DNA of 49,433 nucleotides from a virus (IMGVR_UViG_3300017707_001431:1-49433), one strand, 5' to 3'. Counted from the first letter of the stretch, positions 18,898 to 28,148 are shown. Numbers and translations are program-made. Notes: generated from the letters alone by a model not told the origin.

Positions 18898-20750
18898 GCG
18901 GCCCTCACTTTCAGGTGTGCACAATTCGCTTTGACGATCGCCGCTGCGACAGGCGGGCAAACACTGTTGCCGATCTTCGCGACCTGGTTCGCCTTTGATC
19001 CGCACAGAACGTAGTCATCCGGGAAGCCTTGGGCCCGCGCAAGTTCACGAGGGTGAAGCATCCGCATGAAGATGTCTGCAATCACATACTTGTCGCCGTT
19101 GATGGTGACCGTGGGCACGTCGCCGCACTCGACACCGAAACGCCGGAGCAAGGCGGCGACCATCGCAACGCGATCTTTTGTGGTGACAGTGCGCATCGGA
19201 TCATCGGGGGCGCTGCCGATTTCCATGTCGCTGCCGTAGTAGCAGGTCATCCAGGGGGCGAGGAAGGCCCGGTCGTTTTTCGCGGTGATCGTCCCAAGCG
19301 GCGATGCGCCACTTGTTGGCGGTGTCTGTCCTGCGCGTCCACCGACACCGACGATGATCGGGCTAACGACGGATAAACGATTCTGTGTTTCAAGGGTTGA
19401 AGCTGGGTTCTGAATTGACTCAGCGCGATTGTCGCCGGGAGATTTCTCAGTGTTGTATCTGGCGATAAACGGCGTAACCACAGCCTGCCCGTGTGATCCC
19501 GTCCCTGTCGGCATTGGTTTGCTTGCATCAATCCCGCGCGGTTCATTTCCGCCGTGATTGACCTCGATCAGCAGTGGCGAAACGAGTCCAGTGTGATTGC
19601 CGTTTGCGCACGCAGCGGGCATTGTCGAACTGACGTCGCCGCCGTTGCCCTGATTACTTCCGCGGAACTGAGTGAGGATCGGCGTCAGAATCGCTTTGTC
19701 ATTCGCGGCCGTGATCGTCTTGGCTGGATCGTTGAGATCATCGACGTACTTACCTCGCCCGGTTGTGCCGGTGTGTGCTGTAGAGAGCATCATCGGCGTC
19801 ACCAGCGCCATCCCGCCGCCCCTCGGACGCGCGGTAACAGTGTTCAGCGGATCGGCCGAATCATTCACGCCATTCGCACTACTGCCGTTTTGAACCTGCA
19901 GGATAAACGGGCGCGGATTGTTGAGAACGTACCGCTCCAACCCCTTCACGATTCTTCGCAGCGTCTTTTCCGCCAGTGGTTTCTTCCGGTCGAAGATGGA
20001 TCGGCCAAGATCGGAGAAGTCGATGCACTCGGCGGCCGTGCGATATGGCTTGCGTCGGCCCGGGCCGTGCGAGGGTTTTGGCCAGACAACCGGTTTGCCG
20101 TCGCGTCTGGCGATCAGGAACAATCGGCGGCGGTGCGTCGGCGCGCCGTAATCAGCGGCATTCAGCACACGCCACTCAACGTGATAGCCAAGGTTTCGGA
20201 GTTGAGACACCCAGCGCCGGAACGTCATGCCCTTGCGATCGCGATCAGGCAGCATCACGGGGCGTTTATCTGAATCGAACAGCTTCGCACCGTCCGCACC
20301 TTTGACGTGAACCAACGGGCCCCAATCTTCAAACTCACGGACGTTCTCAAGGATGATGATTTCCGGCTTCACCAGCTTCGCCCATTTCACAACGATCCAG
20401 GCGAGTCCGCGCACGCGCGGTGAAACCGGCTTGCCACCTTTAGCCCGGGAGAAGTGACGGCAGTCCGGAGAGAACCACGCCAGCCCGACTGGACGCCCAC
20501 GCGTGATCTTCTTTGGATCGACCTTCCAGACGTTTTCGCAGGCGTGACGTGAAGCCGGGTGATTGATCGCGTGCATCTCAACCGCCGATGGATCATGGTT
20601 GATGCTGATGTCGACCGCGCGGCCAAGGCCCATCTCGATACCGAGCGATGCGCCGCCTCCGCCGGCGAAGTTATCGACGATCAGGGGTTCGATGATGCGC
20701 GATGATCGGCGCGCGTTTGCTCTACGATTGAACGGGAGTGTTGCTTGCAT
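18894..20750 (-). CDS. dcm: C5-cytosine DNA methyltransferase, large phage type with repetitive TRD
   Basis: DNFAGGGG, FSPDCRHFS, LENV.EF, YGAPTHRRRLF, ARAQGFP, KIGNSV. Confidence 0.95.
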   Translation of the reverse strand: MQATLPFNRRANARRSSRIIEPLIVDNFAGGGGASLGIEMGLGRAVDISINHDPSAVEMHAINHPASRHACENVWKVDPKKITRGRPVGLAWFSPDCRHFSRAKGGKPVSPRVRGLAWIVVKWAKLVKPEIIILENVREFEDWGPLVHVKGADGAKLFDSDKRPVMLPDRDRKGMTFRRWVSQLRNLGYHVEWRVLNAADYGAPTHRRRLFLIARRDGKPVVWPKPSHGPGRRKPYRTAAECIDFSDLGRSIFDRKKPLAEKTLRRIVKGLERYVLNNPRPFILQVQNGSSANGVNDSADPLNTVTARPRGGGMALVTPMMLSTAHTGTTGRGKYVDDLNDPAKTITAANDKAILTPILTQFRGSNQGNGGDVSSTMPAACANGNHTGLVSPLLIEVNHGGNEPRGIDASKPMPTGTGSHGQAVVTPFIARYNTEKSPGDNRAESIQNPASTLETQNRLSVVSPIIVGVGGRAGQTPPTSGASPLGTITAKNDRAFLAPWMTCYYGSDMEIGSAPDDPMRTVTTKDRVAMVAALLRRFGVECGDVPTVTINGDKYVIADIFMRMLHPRELARAQGFPDDYVLCGSKANQVAKIGNSVCPPVAAAIVKANCAHLKVRAA

Positions 20751-20833
20751 ATCTACCTTTCGTGCTTTCGTTCAGGCGTGCGCTGTAGTCGCGTGCGCTG
20801 GGGCCTGAAGAATCTGTAAAAGCGAAGTGTGTT

Positions 20834-21622
20834 TTATTTTGGGTCAGGCACCATGCTTTCCAGTTTCTTGAAGAACTCGACCGAGACGCTGACTGGATCG
20901 TTCCATATCTCAGTCCCAGCAAATCTCATCACCTGCACCCCAGACAAACTGATTGCCCTGTCTCGTTTTCGGTCAGAAGAAAATTTGTCTGGATCGGAGT
21001 GATAGTCGTATCCATCGCACTCGACGATGAGTTGTGCGGTGGAGATGCTGGGATGAAATGCGTACAGGTCGGCAATGATTGTGCCGTGATCCTTGAGGTC
21101 TGGAAATCTTGCCTGGGGTACAAGATGAAATGCGTTTCCGCTATCAAGCACAGACTCCACCAGTATCATGGATGCTTCGTTTGCAGCGGCCTCACTCGAC
21201 ATGCCGATGCCGCACAACATCTTCTCCATGAACGGCATTAGTTTCGATCCATCGCCCGCCTCTTTGCTGCATCGCCGGTATATCTCTAGCCGATCGCGTG
21301 TTTTGCTCTTGAAAATCTCAATTGACTCAAAGCCTTGGCTAAATGGTTCATGAAAGATGATGCTTGTTGCTGACCCACTCTTGATCGAACCCATAACCAG
21401 CGATCGCAGAAAAACCTTTTCGATCGGAGATTGAGCAAATTGAGCGATAATCGACATATTCCGACTTGTGATCGTGCGAAGTGCGTGCGCGTAAAATTGC
21501 TTGAACCCCTCTGATTCTTCTGCGGTCGATTCCTCCTTGATTGCGTATTCACAGAACGCCGCGGTAAGTTCATCTGAAACTTTGTCGTCTGCCAATGCCT
21601 GCGTAAGATCGTATTTTCCCAT
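20834..21622 (-). CDS. DUF559/Vsr-like endonuclease domain protein
   Basis: SPIEK, ADL, IVECDGYDYH, DRKRDR, VMRFAGTEI. Confidence 0.85.
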   Translation of the reverse strand: MGKYDLTQALADDKVSDELTAAFCEYAIKEESTAEESEGFKQFYAHALRTITSRNMSIIAQFAQSPIEKVFLRSLVMGSIKSGSATSIIFHEPFSQGFESIEIFKSKTRDRLEIYRRCSKEAGDGSKLMPFMEKMLCGIGMSSEAAANEASMILVESVLDSGNAFHLVPQARFPDLKDHGTIIADLYAFHPSISTAQLIVECDGYDYHSDPDKFSSDRKRDRAISLSGVQVMRFAGTEIWNDPVSVSVEFFKKLESMVPDPK

Positions 21623-21657
21623 GACATCAGTCCTTTCTTGAAAATGACTGTTTCTGT

Positions 21658-22122
21658 TTATACCGGCTGCTCTGTCTGAAACAGTTCAAAAACTCGCCCG
21701 CGAATACTCTTGATCTCGCGCAGGTTGCGAGACGCAAACCGGGCGCGGATGTTTTCGGGTACTTCGATCAATGCGATCTGGGCCAATGCGTTGAATTCTT
21801 CCTCGCTCATCGCATCAACGCAGGTGTCGGCGGCGAGCCACCAATCGAGAACGCCACGCTCGGAAAGTTTTTCCTGTGATCGCCGAAACTGTCCCGACTT
21901 GTCCGATTCCTCCTGGCGGATGCGCCGATGAATCGCATGAAACCTCTCGGGATCGAAAAAATTCGTGGCGCTGCGAAGTTGAGACATCGCGGCGAGCACG
22001 TCCTCGGACTTGTAGCAAGCCCGTTTGAATTCCTTTGTCCAGTGCGCGGCGTGCTCCGGTTCAACAGCGTGAAAAAGTTGCGCCATCTGCGCGGCAGCTT
22101 CGGCGGCTTCATTAGCTTCCAT
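21658..22122 (-). CDS. Putative replication accessory (helicase loader/inhibitor-like) protein
   Basis: Directly downstream of initiator; AGGAGG SD; call is positional. Confidence 0.5.
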   Translation of the reverse strand: MEANEAAEAAAQMAQLFHAVEPEHAAHWTKEFKRACYKSEDVLAAMSQLRSATNFFDPERFHAIHRRIRQEESDKSGQFRRSQEKLSERGVLDWWLAADTCVDAMSEEEFNALAQIALIEVPENIRARFASRNLREIKSIRGRVFELFQTEQPV

Positions 22123-22750
22123 GTGCGGCCTCCTGAATCGCTTTGAGGGTTGCGGCTTTCTTCAGTTGCTTTGCGGTGGGTCGTCTGGTCTTCCCTGAAC
22201 GCGAACCGTTTTCGTTTCCCCCCGGGAAGGGGGGATTAAGGGGGGTATTAAGTTCCCTTCCCTTCCCTTCCATTCCATTCCATTCCATAGGCGCTTTTCC
22301 GCAGGCGGGTGCGGGATTGTCGCAGGCAGGTGCGGGATTTGACGAAATAGCCTGTTTTTCAAGGGTTGTTATGTTGTCCGGATGGTCGTTTGGAACCTCT
22401 TCGAGCCATCCGATTGCGATCAGACGGGGGATAGCATCGACGAACACTTTTTCGCTCAAACGTGATAATCTGGATAAGCTCGCAGCGTCATGCGGGACGC
22501 AAAAAACATCTCCGCAGGCGGGTGCGGGATTGCGCCCGGCACGTCGCAGGACGCCGCGAGGTTCACACTTTGACGCAATTTCCACGATCGCCGTCCACGC
22601 ACCCAGGTGCGCTGCGCCGTCTTCGTGATCAACCAATTCCGTGTATCCGTCGCCGTCCATTTTGTTCGGAACGGGAACCCAATCGAGTTTCTTCAACTCA
22701 CGCGTTCGGTTGTTCTCAAAATGAAATGACCAATCCTTGATTCTCAGCAT
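22112..22750 (-). CDS. Phage replication initiator protein
   Basis: IKDWSFHFE N-terminus, wHTH-like core, NPAPAC repeats and MEWNGMEGKGRE..PLNPP linker typical of ori-containing initiators. Confidence 0.75.
   Translation of the reverse strand: MLRIKDWSFHFENNRTRELKKLDWVPVPNKMDGDGYTELVDHEDGAAHLGAWTAIVEIASKCEPRGVLRRAGRNPAPACGDVFCVPHDAASLSRLSRLSEKVFVDAIPRLIAIGWLEEVPNDHPDNITTLEKQAISSNPAPACDNPAPACGKAPMEWNGMEGKGRELNTPLNPPFPGGNENGSRSGKTRRPTAKQLKKAATLKAIQEAAHGS
22253..22532. repeat. Putative replication origin: iterons plus pentamer array
   Basis: GCAGGCRGGTGCGGGATT at 22301, 22322, 22514; (TTCCC)3(TTCCA)4 at 22253-22287. Confidence 0.7.
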
Positions 22751-22858
22751 GTCTACGGTTCCTTCCTGATCACTGACAAGCCGCGCCCGAAGCCTTTCGA
22801 CACCGGGCGGGTGGGGTTAGCGCCTGTTATTCTGCGACAAACCACAGGCGACTGAGGC

Positions 22859-24106
22859 TCATAACTTCATCGCACCAGCCAACAGCTTCGAGTACGCCTC
22901 GGAGCGCTCGCCATCTGACAACTTCGCGAACTGTTTCGGCAGTCGCACCCGGATGATGCGCCGCGCCACATCCTCATCGCATCCGTTTTTCTGGATGATC
23001 GCCGCCTTGAACCATTCCTCGTCAGCCTCATTCGGCATCACGTCGGGAAGCTCTGTAAGCACTATCTTGGCAACGCCTCCGCTATTTCCGGCGTCCATTG
23101 GTTCGTGGGAGAGTGTTGAGTCGTCAGAATCCTGTGTGTTGCCTGTCGCTGCGTCCTGGGCGGATGGTTCAGAGAGTTCGCCAGTGTCCGAGTCAACAAA
23201 TTGTTCGGCCGGCTGCGACTGTTGATTGCCCCTGACTTGATCGAGCAGCGCGGTTACACCACTGCGCGGCGGGGCGACATTCTCAACACTGACCACATCA
23301 TGAATGTCGGTATCGGAATTATCGTGCTCCATTGCTGCGACGAACTTCTCAGTGGAAAGCGGCAACCACTTGGCAACGCGACGGAAGACAGTCTTCTTTG
23401 CCATCTCATCCCAGTCGGATTTCCAAGCGCCGATCGCGTTGCCCTGTTTGTCGCTTCCTGCCTTGGAACGCTTGCGGATCTTCTCAATGTCGCTGCACGG
23501 CATGAAATCAAACTGTTCGCCGCCGTCTTTGAACTGCACATATGCGTAAGCGCCGATCGGTTCGCCGCGATCACCGGTCAGATTTGGTGTGAAATCGCAG
23601 CGGGCATCAGAACCCTTGCGAAATGTAAACGTGTCATTCGCGCAGACGACATCCGCCTCAATCCGCTTGATCTCACCAGTCTGGCGTGCGAGTTTTGCAT
23701 AGCCGCGGTAGCCGATGATCAGTTGGCACTGCTTCGCCCACATTTCCTGTTCTCGCCCGTTGGCATCCTTCCATTTGATCCTGTTGTTGAACGGCACCGG
23801 GTAGGCTTCGCCGAGTGTGCCGGAAAGATCGAGCCCAAGTTCAGCGGCGCGGTTGATGGTTTCAAGAATGCTGGCCTGCGTGCATTGCAGCAGGTCGGGT
23901 GTGCGGTTGGCAGCAACGAGCATCGTTTTGATCAGACGCTCTGGGGTGACGTGACGTGGCAGCGCCATCGCGATCCCCTTGCTCTGTGAGTCAAGTAATC
24001 CCTTCAACGCGCCGGCCGATCCCACGGGCGCGATCGGGTTGTAAGCCTGGCGAGTCGCCAACTGTTGGCCGTTCTGTTGTGCCGGTTGTTCGATAGTCTG
24101 TGTCAT
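22859..24106 (-). CDS. recT: RecT-family single-strand annealing protein
   Basis: ALPRHVTPERL, LGEAYPVPF, QLIIGYRG, WDEMAKKTVFRR. Confidence 0.95.
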   Translation of the reverse strand: MTQTIEQPAQQNGQQLATRQAYNPIAPVGSAGALKGLLDSQSKGIAMALPRHVTPERLIKTMLVAANRTPDLLQCTQASILETINRAAELGLDLSGTLGEAYPVPFNNRIKWKDANGREQEMWAKQCQLIIGYRGYAKLARQTGEIKRIEADVVCANDTFTFRKGSDARCDFTPNLTGDRGEPIGAYAYVQFKDGGEQFDFMPCSDIEKIRKRSKAGSDKQGNAIGAWKSDWDEMAKKTVFRRVAKWLPLSTEKFVAAMEHDNSDTDIHDVVSVENVAPPRSGVTALLDQVRGNQQSQPAEQFVDSDTGELSEPSAQDAATGNTQDSDDSTLSHEPMDAGNSGGVAKIVLTELPDVMPNEADEEWFKAAIIQKNGCDEDVARRIIRVRLPKQFAKLSDGERSEAYSKLLAGAMKL

Positions 24107-24139
24107 GTCAGATTCCTTTTCTGCCGCAAAGCGGCTGGT

Positions 24140-25021
24140 CTATTTCTCTGCCTTGAACCGCAACACGCGGAAGCTACACGCCTCCACTTGATGCGCCTTG
24201 CGGTTCTGTTCCAAGTAAGTGAGTTTCCCGAGGGATGAATGAGCCGCCTGCGCATCACCGAGCGCGTCCAGCAGTTGAACCTTGATCGCCTCCTCTTGAT
24301 CCTTCGCCATCTTCAAAGCCTCTTTCGCGATCAGCCAATTAGCGAGGATGCTCTGATGCGATTCGTCGAACTGGATGATCTTTCCTGGCACCCGCTTCAT
24401 CCGCTTCAGGCACTCCATTGACGGCTTGAAATCGTCAGGTCTGATGTCGCGGCGAACATATCGCTCCATGAAATCGGAGCAACGCTTTTCAATCTCTTCG
24501 ACCAGCTCCCCGTTGCGATCGACGATGTACATTCGGAAGTCGAATCGCTTGAAGCCTGGCACGACGACGGGGACGAACGATGTCAGACAATCGTCGCCAG
24601 CAACACACATCTGTTCGTGCGTCTGGATCAGCACCCGGTTGGGTACAGCATCGGTTTCAATGTCGCCCAATTCTTCATCGCTGGCGAAACTCTTTGCCTC
24701 AACGACGTAACTGCTGTCATCCGCCAGCCCGTCAAAGTTCGAGGCGAGGATGTTATTGCCGTGGATCTTCATGATGTCGCGGCTGAATCCGGCAATGCCG
24801 CCGCGGTTCTTTTTGATCCAGTCGGCCGCGAAGTTCAGAAGTGCTGGTTCGAGATATTGTCCGCGACTCATGGCGTCGGTTTCAGGCTGCTCATCAAGCC
24901 GGCCGGTTTTCTCAAGCCAGACATCGAGAGCGGACTTGAAGGGATCGAGTCCGAAGATTGCAGCACAATCAGAACTTCCGAGGAATTTACGACGCGCGGT
25001 TCGTTGTTCTGCCGTGACCAT
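24140..25021 (-). CDS. YqaJ-like viral recombinase exonuclease
   Basis: RRKFLGSSD..AIFG, WLEKTG, ASNFDG, VEAKS. Confidence 0.93.
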   Translation of the reverse strand: MVTAEQRTARRKFLGSSDCAAIFGLDPFKSALDVWLEKTGRLDEQPETDAMSRGQYLEPALLNFAADWIKKNRGGIAGFSRDIMKIHGNNILASNFDGLADDSSYVVEAKSFASDEELGDIETDAVPNRVLIQTHEQMCVAGDDCLTSFVPVVVPGFKRFDFRMYIVDRNGELVEEIEKRCSDFMERYVRRDIRPDDFKPSMECLKRMKRVPGKIIQFDESHQSILANWLIAKEALKMAKDQEEAIKVQLLDALGDAQAAHSSLGKLTYLEQNRKAHQVEACSFRVLRFKAEK

Positions 25022-25242
25022 CACGCCACCGCCTTTTCTACGCAGCGGGCGTAACCGCAGCGCGGGCAGTGGGATTTGTTGCGCCGATCCTCAACGTGAA
25101 TCACAGCAAGGGTTCTCGCGCGTTCCGATTCAATCCCGCGAGATCGCAGGTGTTTGAATTCAAGCTCGATTTCCCGGCTGATAAGGATGTTCGGCGGCAA
25201 CGCAGCATATATGCGCGTGCGCCTGTGGGGACGGTTTGGCAT
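25021..25242 (-). CDS. Small zinc-ribbon hypothetical protein
   Basis: CACGAAAGGAG leader, HCPRCG, TGATG coupling. Confidence 0.65.
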   Translation of the reverse strand: MPNRPHRRTRIYAALPPNILISREIELEFKHLRSRGIESERARTLAVIHVEDRRNKSHCPRCGYARCVEKAVA

Positions 25243-25310
25243 GGACAAGCTCCTTTCGTGCATCGAATTCCCAGCGGGTCGCAACCGCCTTAACGGGATT
25301 CAACAGGGAA

Positions 25311-25339
25311 ATAGTATCGTAATGGATACTATGTGTCAA
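25311..25339 (-). promoter_or_regulatory. Near-consensus sigma70 promoter with perfect palindromic operator
   Basis: Minus strand TTGACA-17-TACTAT enclosing ATAGTATC-N6-GATACTAT. Confidence 0.9.
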
Positions 25340-25354
25340 CAACAAAATCACCGG

Positions 25355-25531
25355 CTATCTGATTCTCACTCTCGCAACTGACGATCCGCTTCGCCTTCCA
25401 ACGTAGTATTGAATCGGGCCGCACAGCCTCCATCCGTCGTCGAACTTGATCCAACAGTGATAGTTCCGCAGCGCGTGGCGGATTCTGCGTTGATTGATTC
25501 GCTGGCGTTTGGTTTCAAGGGTTGACTTCAT
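25355..25531 (-). CDS. Small basic hypothetical protein
   Basis: MKSTLETK, ATGA overlap. Confidence 0.5.
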   Translation of the reverse strand: MKSTLETKRQRINQRRIRHALRNYHCWIKFDDGWRLCGPIQYYVGRRSGSSVARVRIR

Positions 25532-25893
25532 GTTGCACCGCCTGTGTGAATTCGTTTGTTGAGTCGCCGGGCCGCGTATTCGATAGCTCCCATTCCCATC
25601 TCTTTCAGCCGCTTCGCGCCAAAGAGATTCACCAGTTCCCGACAGTCGAGTTCCCGGCATACAACCGGCCTGCGTTCATGGATGGTGCAACCGGTGGCAC
25701 GGTCGAGATAGATGCAATCACCGTTGTCTTTGTGCTTGAGAATGACGCGGCCTTCATACGGTTCGGTTTCGTAAGTGGCTGGATCGTCCCCACACTCGGG
25801 GTGCATGAAGATGGCGTCGTTGCGGCAGCACTCGTTACATGAGCCGCAGGGGACGAATCGGGTGGGGCGTTGTTGGACTACAGGCAAGGTCAT
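25528..25893 (-). CDS. YkgJ-family CxxCxxCC Zn/Fe-chelating protein
   Basis: CGSCNECC, GDCIYLD..GCTIHERRPVVCRELDC. Confidence 0.88.
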   Translation of the reverse strand: MTLPVVQQRPTRFVPCGSCNECCRNDAIFMHPECGDDPATYETEPYEGRVILKHKDNGDCIYLDRATGCTIHERRPVVCRELDCRELVNLFGAKRLKEMGMGAIEYAARRLNKRIHTGGAT

Positions 25894-25908
25894 GGCACAC
25901 CACCCCCG

Positions 25909-26177
25909 GCGCCTAGTGATGCGCATAACGACTTGCCTTGGGTTTGCCCGGATTTCGCCGTTTTTCGATGCCATCGGCGCGCAACGCGCAGACGTCGTCT
26001 CAGGGTTGAGAGGGTGCGGAAAACACTGGATTTACAGGGGAAAAACGAGAAAGGCCAGGGTGGGATTCGAACCCACGAAAGACGGATTTGCAATCCTAAC
26101 ACCCTGCGAACATTTGTTGTTGACTTTGTGGGTTTTCTTGGGCATTCTCGCATGCGCGTAGCGAAAGCGCATAGCGA
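25909..26177. other. attP: attP region with candidate integrase arm-type sites
   Basis: GCGC(A/G/C)TA(G/A)(C/T)GA at 25909, 25921, 26154, 26167 flanking the tRNA-derived core. Confidence 0.7.
26052..26096 (-). other. attP core = 3' half of tRNA-Cys(GCA)
   Basis: Minus strand GGA-TTGCAAA-TCCGT-CTTTC-GTGGG-TTCGAAT-CCCAC-CCTGGCC-T: GCA loop, T arm, 3' acceptor strand, U73; no 5' half. Confidence 0.9.
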
Positions 26178-26186
26178 AAGTGGAGC

Positions 26187-27491
26187 ATGAACCCAAGTCC
26201 CAAGCACAAACTCACGCCCAGCGAGCGCGGCTGGTACAAGCGCGTTGCTGGGAAATCGCGATGGGTTTGCAGCTTCATATCCGCGCCAACCGGCGAACTT
26301 GCCGACGCCATATTTGAAGATCGATTCAAGGAACTGGCCCGCCCGAAACCCAAAGACGACGGCGCTCCCAAACTCCTGAAGCTGGTGACGGAGTTTATGG
26401 CGATGAAGGTTCGCGCTGGTGCCACGGGAAAGCTGTACGTTCGCACCGTCGCCGAATACCACGAGTCGTTGAAGCTGATGCTTTCGGCAGTTGGCAGCAC
26501 AGATCCCCGCCGCCTCACTCCAAGACATTTCGCTTTGATCGCCGACGACATTGCTCACTTTGGACTGGATCGCCGCGCCAAGCACATCATCAACATCCGA
26601 TCGTTTTTCAATTGGCTTGTTGAAATGGACATCATCGCGACCGCGCCCAGGTACGGCCCGCAGTTTCAGCTTCCAACCGCGAAGGAAAGACGGAAGGCGA
26701 AGGCTCAGCGGAAGCGCGAACATGGCGGCAGCATGACCTACGATGCGAGCGAGGTCAAACGCATCCTTGCCCACGCGAAGCCGATCTATCGAGCGATGAT
26801 CCTGCTGGGGCTCAACGCCGCTTACGGTAACGCTGACATTGCCCGGTTGCCCAGGAACATCGTCGGCCGTAGCTGGCTGGAATTCGAGCGGGGAAAGACC
26901 GGCGCGGAACGACGATGCAAGCTCTGGCCGGAAACCCGTCATGCGGTTGCCCGGGTGATGAAGTTGCGGCTGCACGTTGATCTTGTGTTTGCCACGCGAT
27001 TTGGTGCGCCGTTTGTCACCGATAAAAAGCGCGATCAGATAGGGACGCGGTTCACGGCCATTTGCCGTCTGGCTGGCGTTCAAGAGCGCGGGTTCTACGG
27101 TCTGCGCAGAACCTTCCGCACTGTCGCTGATGAAACGGGGGATGAGCGAAGCGCCAAGCTCATCATGGGGCATAGCGACCGTCGTGAAGATGTTGGCGGA
27201 ATGTATATCCATGACATCATCCGTGAACGGCTCGAGCGCGTCTCTGACCATGTGCGGCGGCGGCTTCAAGTTCAAGAATCATACCGACAGGCAATTGAGC
27301 TTGAGAAGAAACGCGAGTCCGAGAGGCAGTTGCACGCGCGGGCGATGCGGGTTGCCGCGAATGGGCGACAGAACGCACGTCGGAAGCTACAGGGGCGATC
27401 AGACCGTCCGCGATCCATTGCTCAAACACCGGCCGGGAGCAAACAAAGCGACCGCCCAGCTTCCGGCCGGGAATCTGCCCAGCCTGCATGA
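26187..27491 (+). CDS. int: Tyrosine integrase, planctomycete-type
   Basis: MILLGLNAAYGNAD, RGKTGAERRCKLWPET, FYGLRRTFRTVAD, IMGH, GMY; adjacent to attP. Confidence 0.95.
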   Translation: MNPSPKHKLTPSERGWYKRVAGKSRWVCSFISAPTGELADAIFEDRFKELARPKPKDDGAPKLLKLVTEFMAMKVRAGATGKLYVRTVAEYHESLKLMLSAVGSTDPRRLTPRHFALIADDIAHFGLDRRAKHIINIRSFFNWLVEMDIIATAPRYGPQFQLPTAKERRKAKAQRKREHGGSMTYDASEVKRILAHAKPIYRAMILLGLNAAYGNADIARLPRNIVGRSWLEFERGKTGAERRCKLWPETRHAVARVMKLRLHVDLVFATRFGAPFVTDKKRDQIGTRFTAICRLAGVQERGFYGLRRTFRTVADETGDERSAKLIMGHSDRREDVGGMYIHDIIRERLERVSDHVRRRLQVQESYRQAIELEKKRESERQLHARAMRVAANGRQNARRKLQGRSDRPRSIAQTPAGSKQSDRPASGRESAQPA

Positions 27492-27570
27492 GCGCGCGGG
27501 TGCGATCGACAGACATTCCAAGAATGTCGGCGATTTCGGTTGCGGAGAGGATTGGCTTTGCGGCGGTCAT
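27217..27570 (-). CDS. xis: Excisionase-like HTH_17 protein overlapping int 3' end
   Basis: LSATEIADILGMS......LMQAGQIPGRKLGGRFVCSR. Confidence 0.8.
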   Translation of the reverse strand: MTAAKPILSATEIADILGMSVDRTRALMQAGQIPGRKLGGRFVCSRPVFEQWIADGLIAPVASDVRSVAHSRQPASPARATASRTRVSSQAQLPVGMILELEAAAAHGQRRARAVHG

Positions 27571-27632
27571 GTTCAAGAATCGCATGGCTGGCTACTCACC
27601 AGCAACATGCGACGGGTAGTGGAGTTGATCTA

Positions 27633-28148
27633 TTAACCGACCTTCGCAAATTCCATGACCAACTGGCCGCCTTCGCTCTCCTCGAAAGCGCGGAAGTTGG
27701 CGACTTCGATTGCCGCATCCTCGTGACGGCGAATAACCGAATTGAATCCAGTGAGTTCAAAATCGTGCGGCTTGCATCGAAGCTTAGGGCGCCCGATGTC
27801 ATCCAGTTTGATGTTGTTGAGCTTGTCCAAAACCAATTCGAGATGCTCAAGCTCGTGATCTACCAACGCATCGCGCTGCTTTGCGTGCAAATCCTTCCAC
27901 CTGTCCAGGTCGATAATCATTCTGGCGTCCGCAGAACCCGCAACGCGATCCTTGTAGCTCATCACCTTGATCGTCGCGTAACACGGCCAGCCATGCAGTT
28001 TTACCGCCGATCCTTCATCGTTGGACGCGAGAAGAATCTCGACCGTCACGCCAGCCCCCACCAGTTCGGTGTGATACTTCTGCATCATTGATCGCATCAC
28101 AGTTGTCTGCGGTGCGTCATCGTCGCACTTCTCGTAGATCGTCGGCAT
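27633..28148 (-). CDS. Putative phage metallopeptidase
   Basis: ALVDHELEH (HExxH), KPHDFE; GAAAGGA SD. Confidence 0.88.
   Translation of the reverse strand: MPTIYEKCDDDAPQTTVMRSMMQKYHTELVGAGVTVEILLASNDEGSAVKLHGWPCYATIKVMSYKDRVAGSADARMIIDLDRWKDLHAKQRDALVDHELEHLELVLDKLNNIKLDDIGRPKLRCKPHDFELTGFNSVIRRHEDAAIEVANFRAFEESEGGQLVMEFAKVG

Noticed and set aside
26052-26096. Complete tRNA-Cys gene
   Set aside because: No D arm or 5' acceptor strand; it is the attP core
25890-27275. 461-aa antisense ORF across int and attP
   Set aside because: Shadow of a GC-rich coding strand, no motifs, and it would be broken on integration
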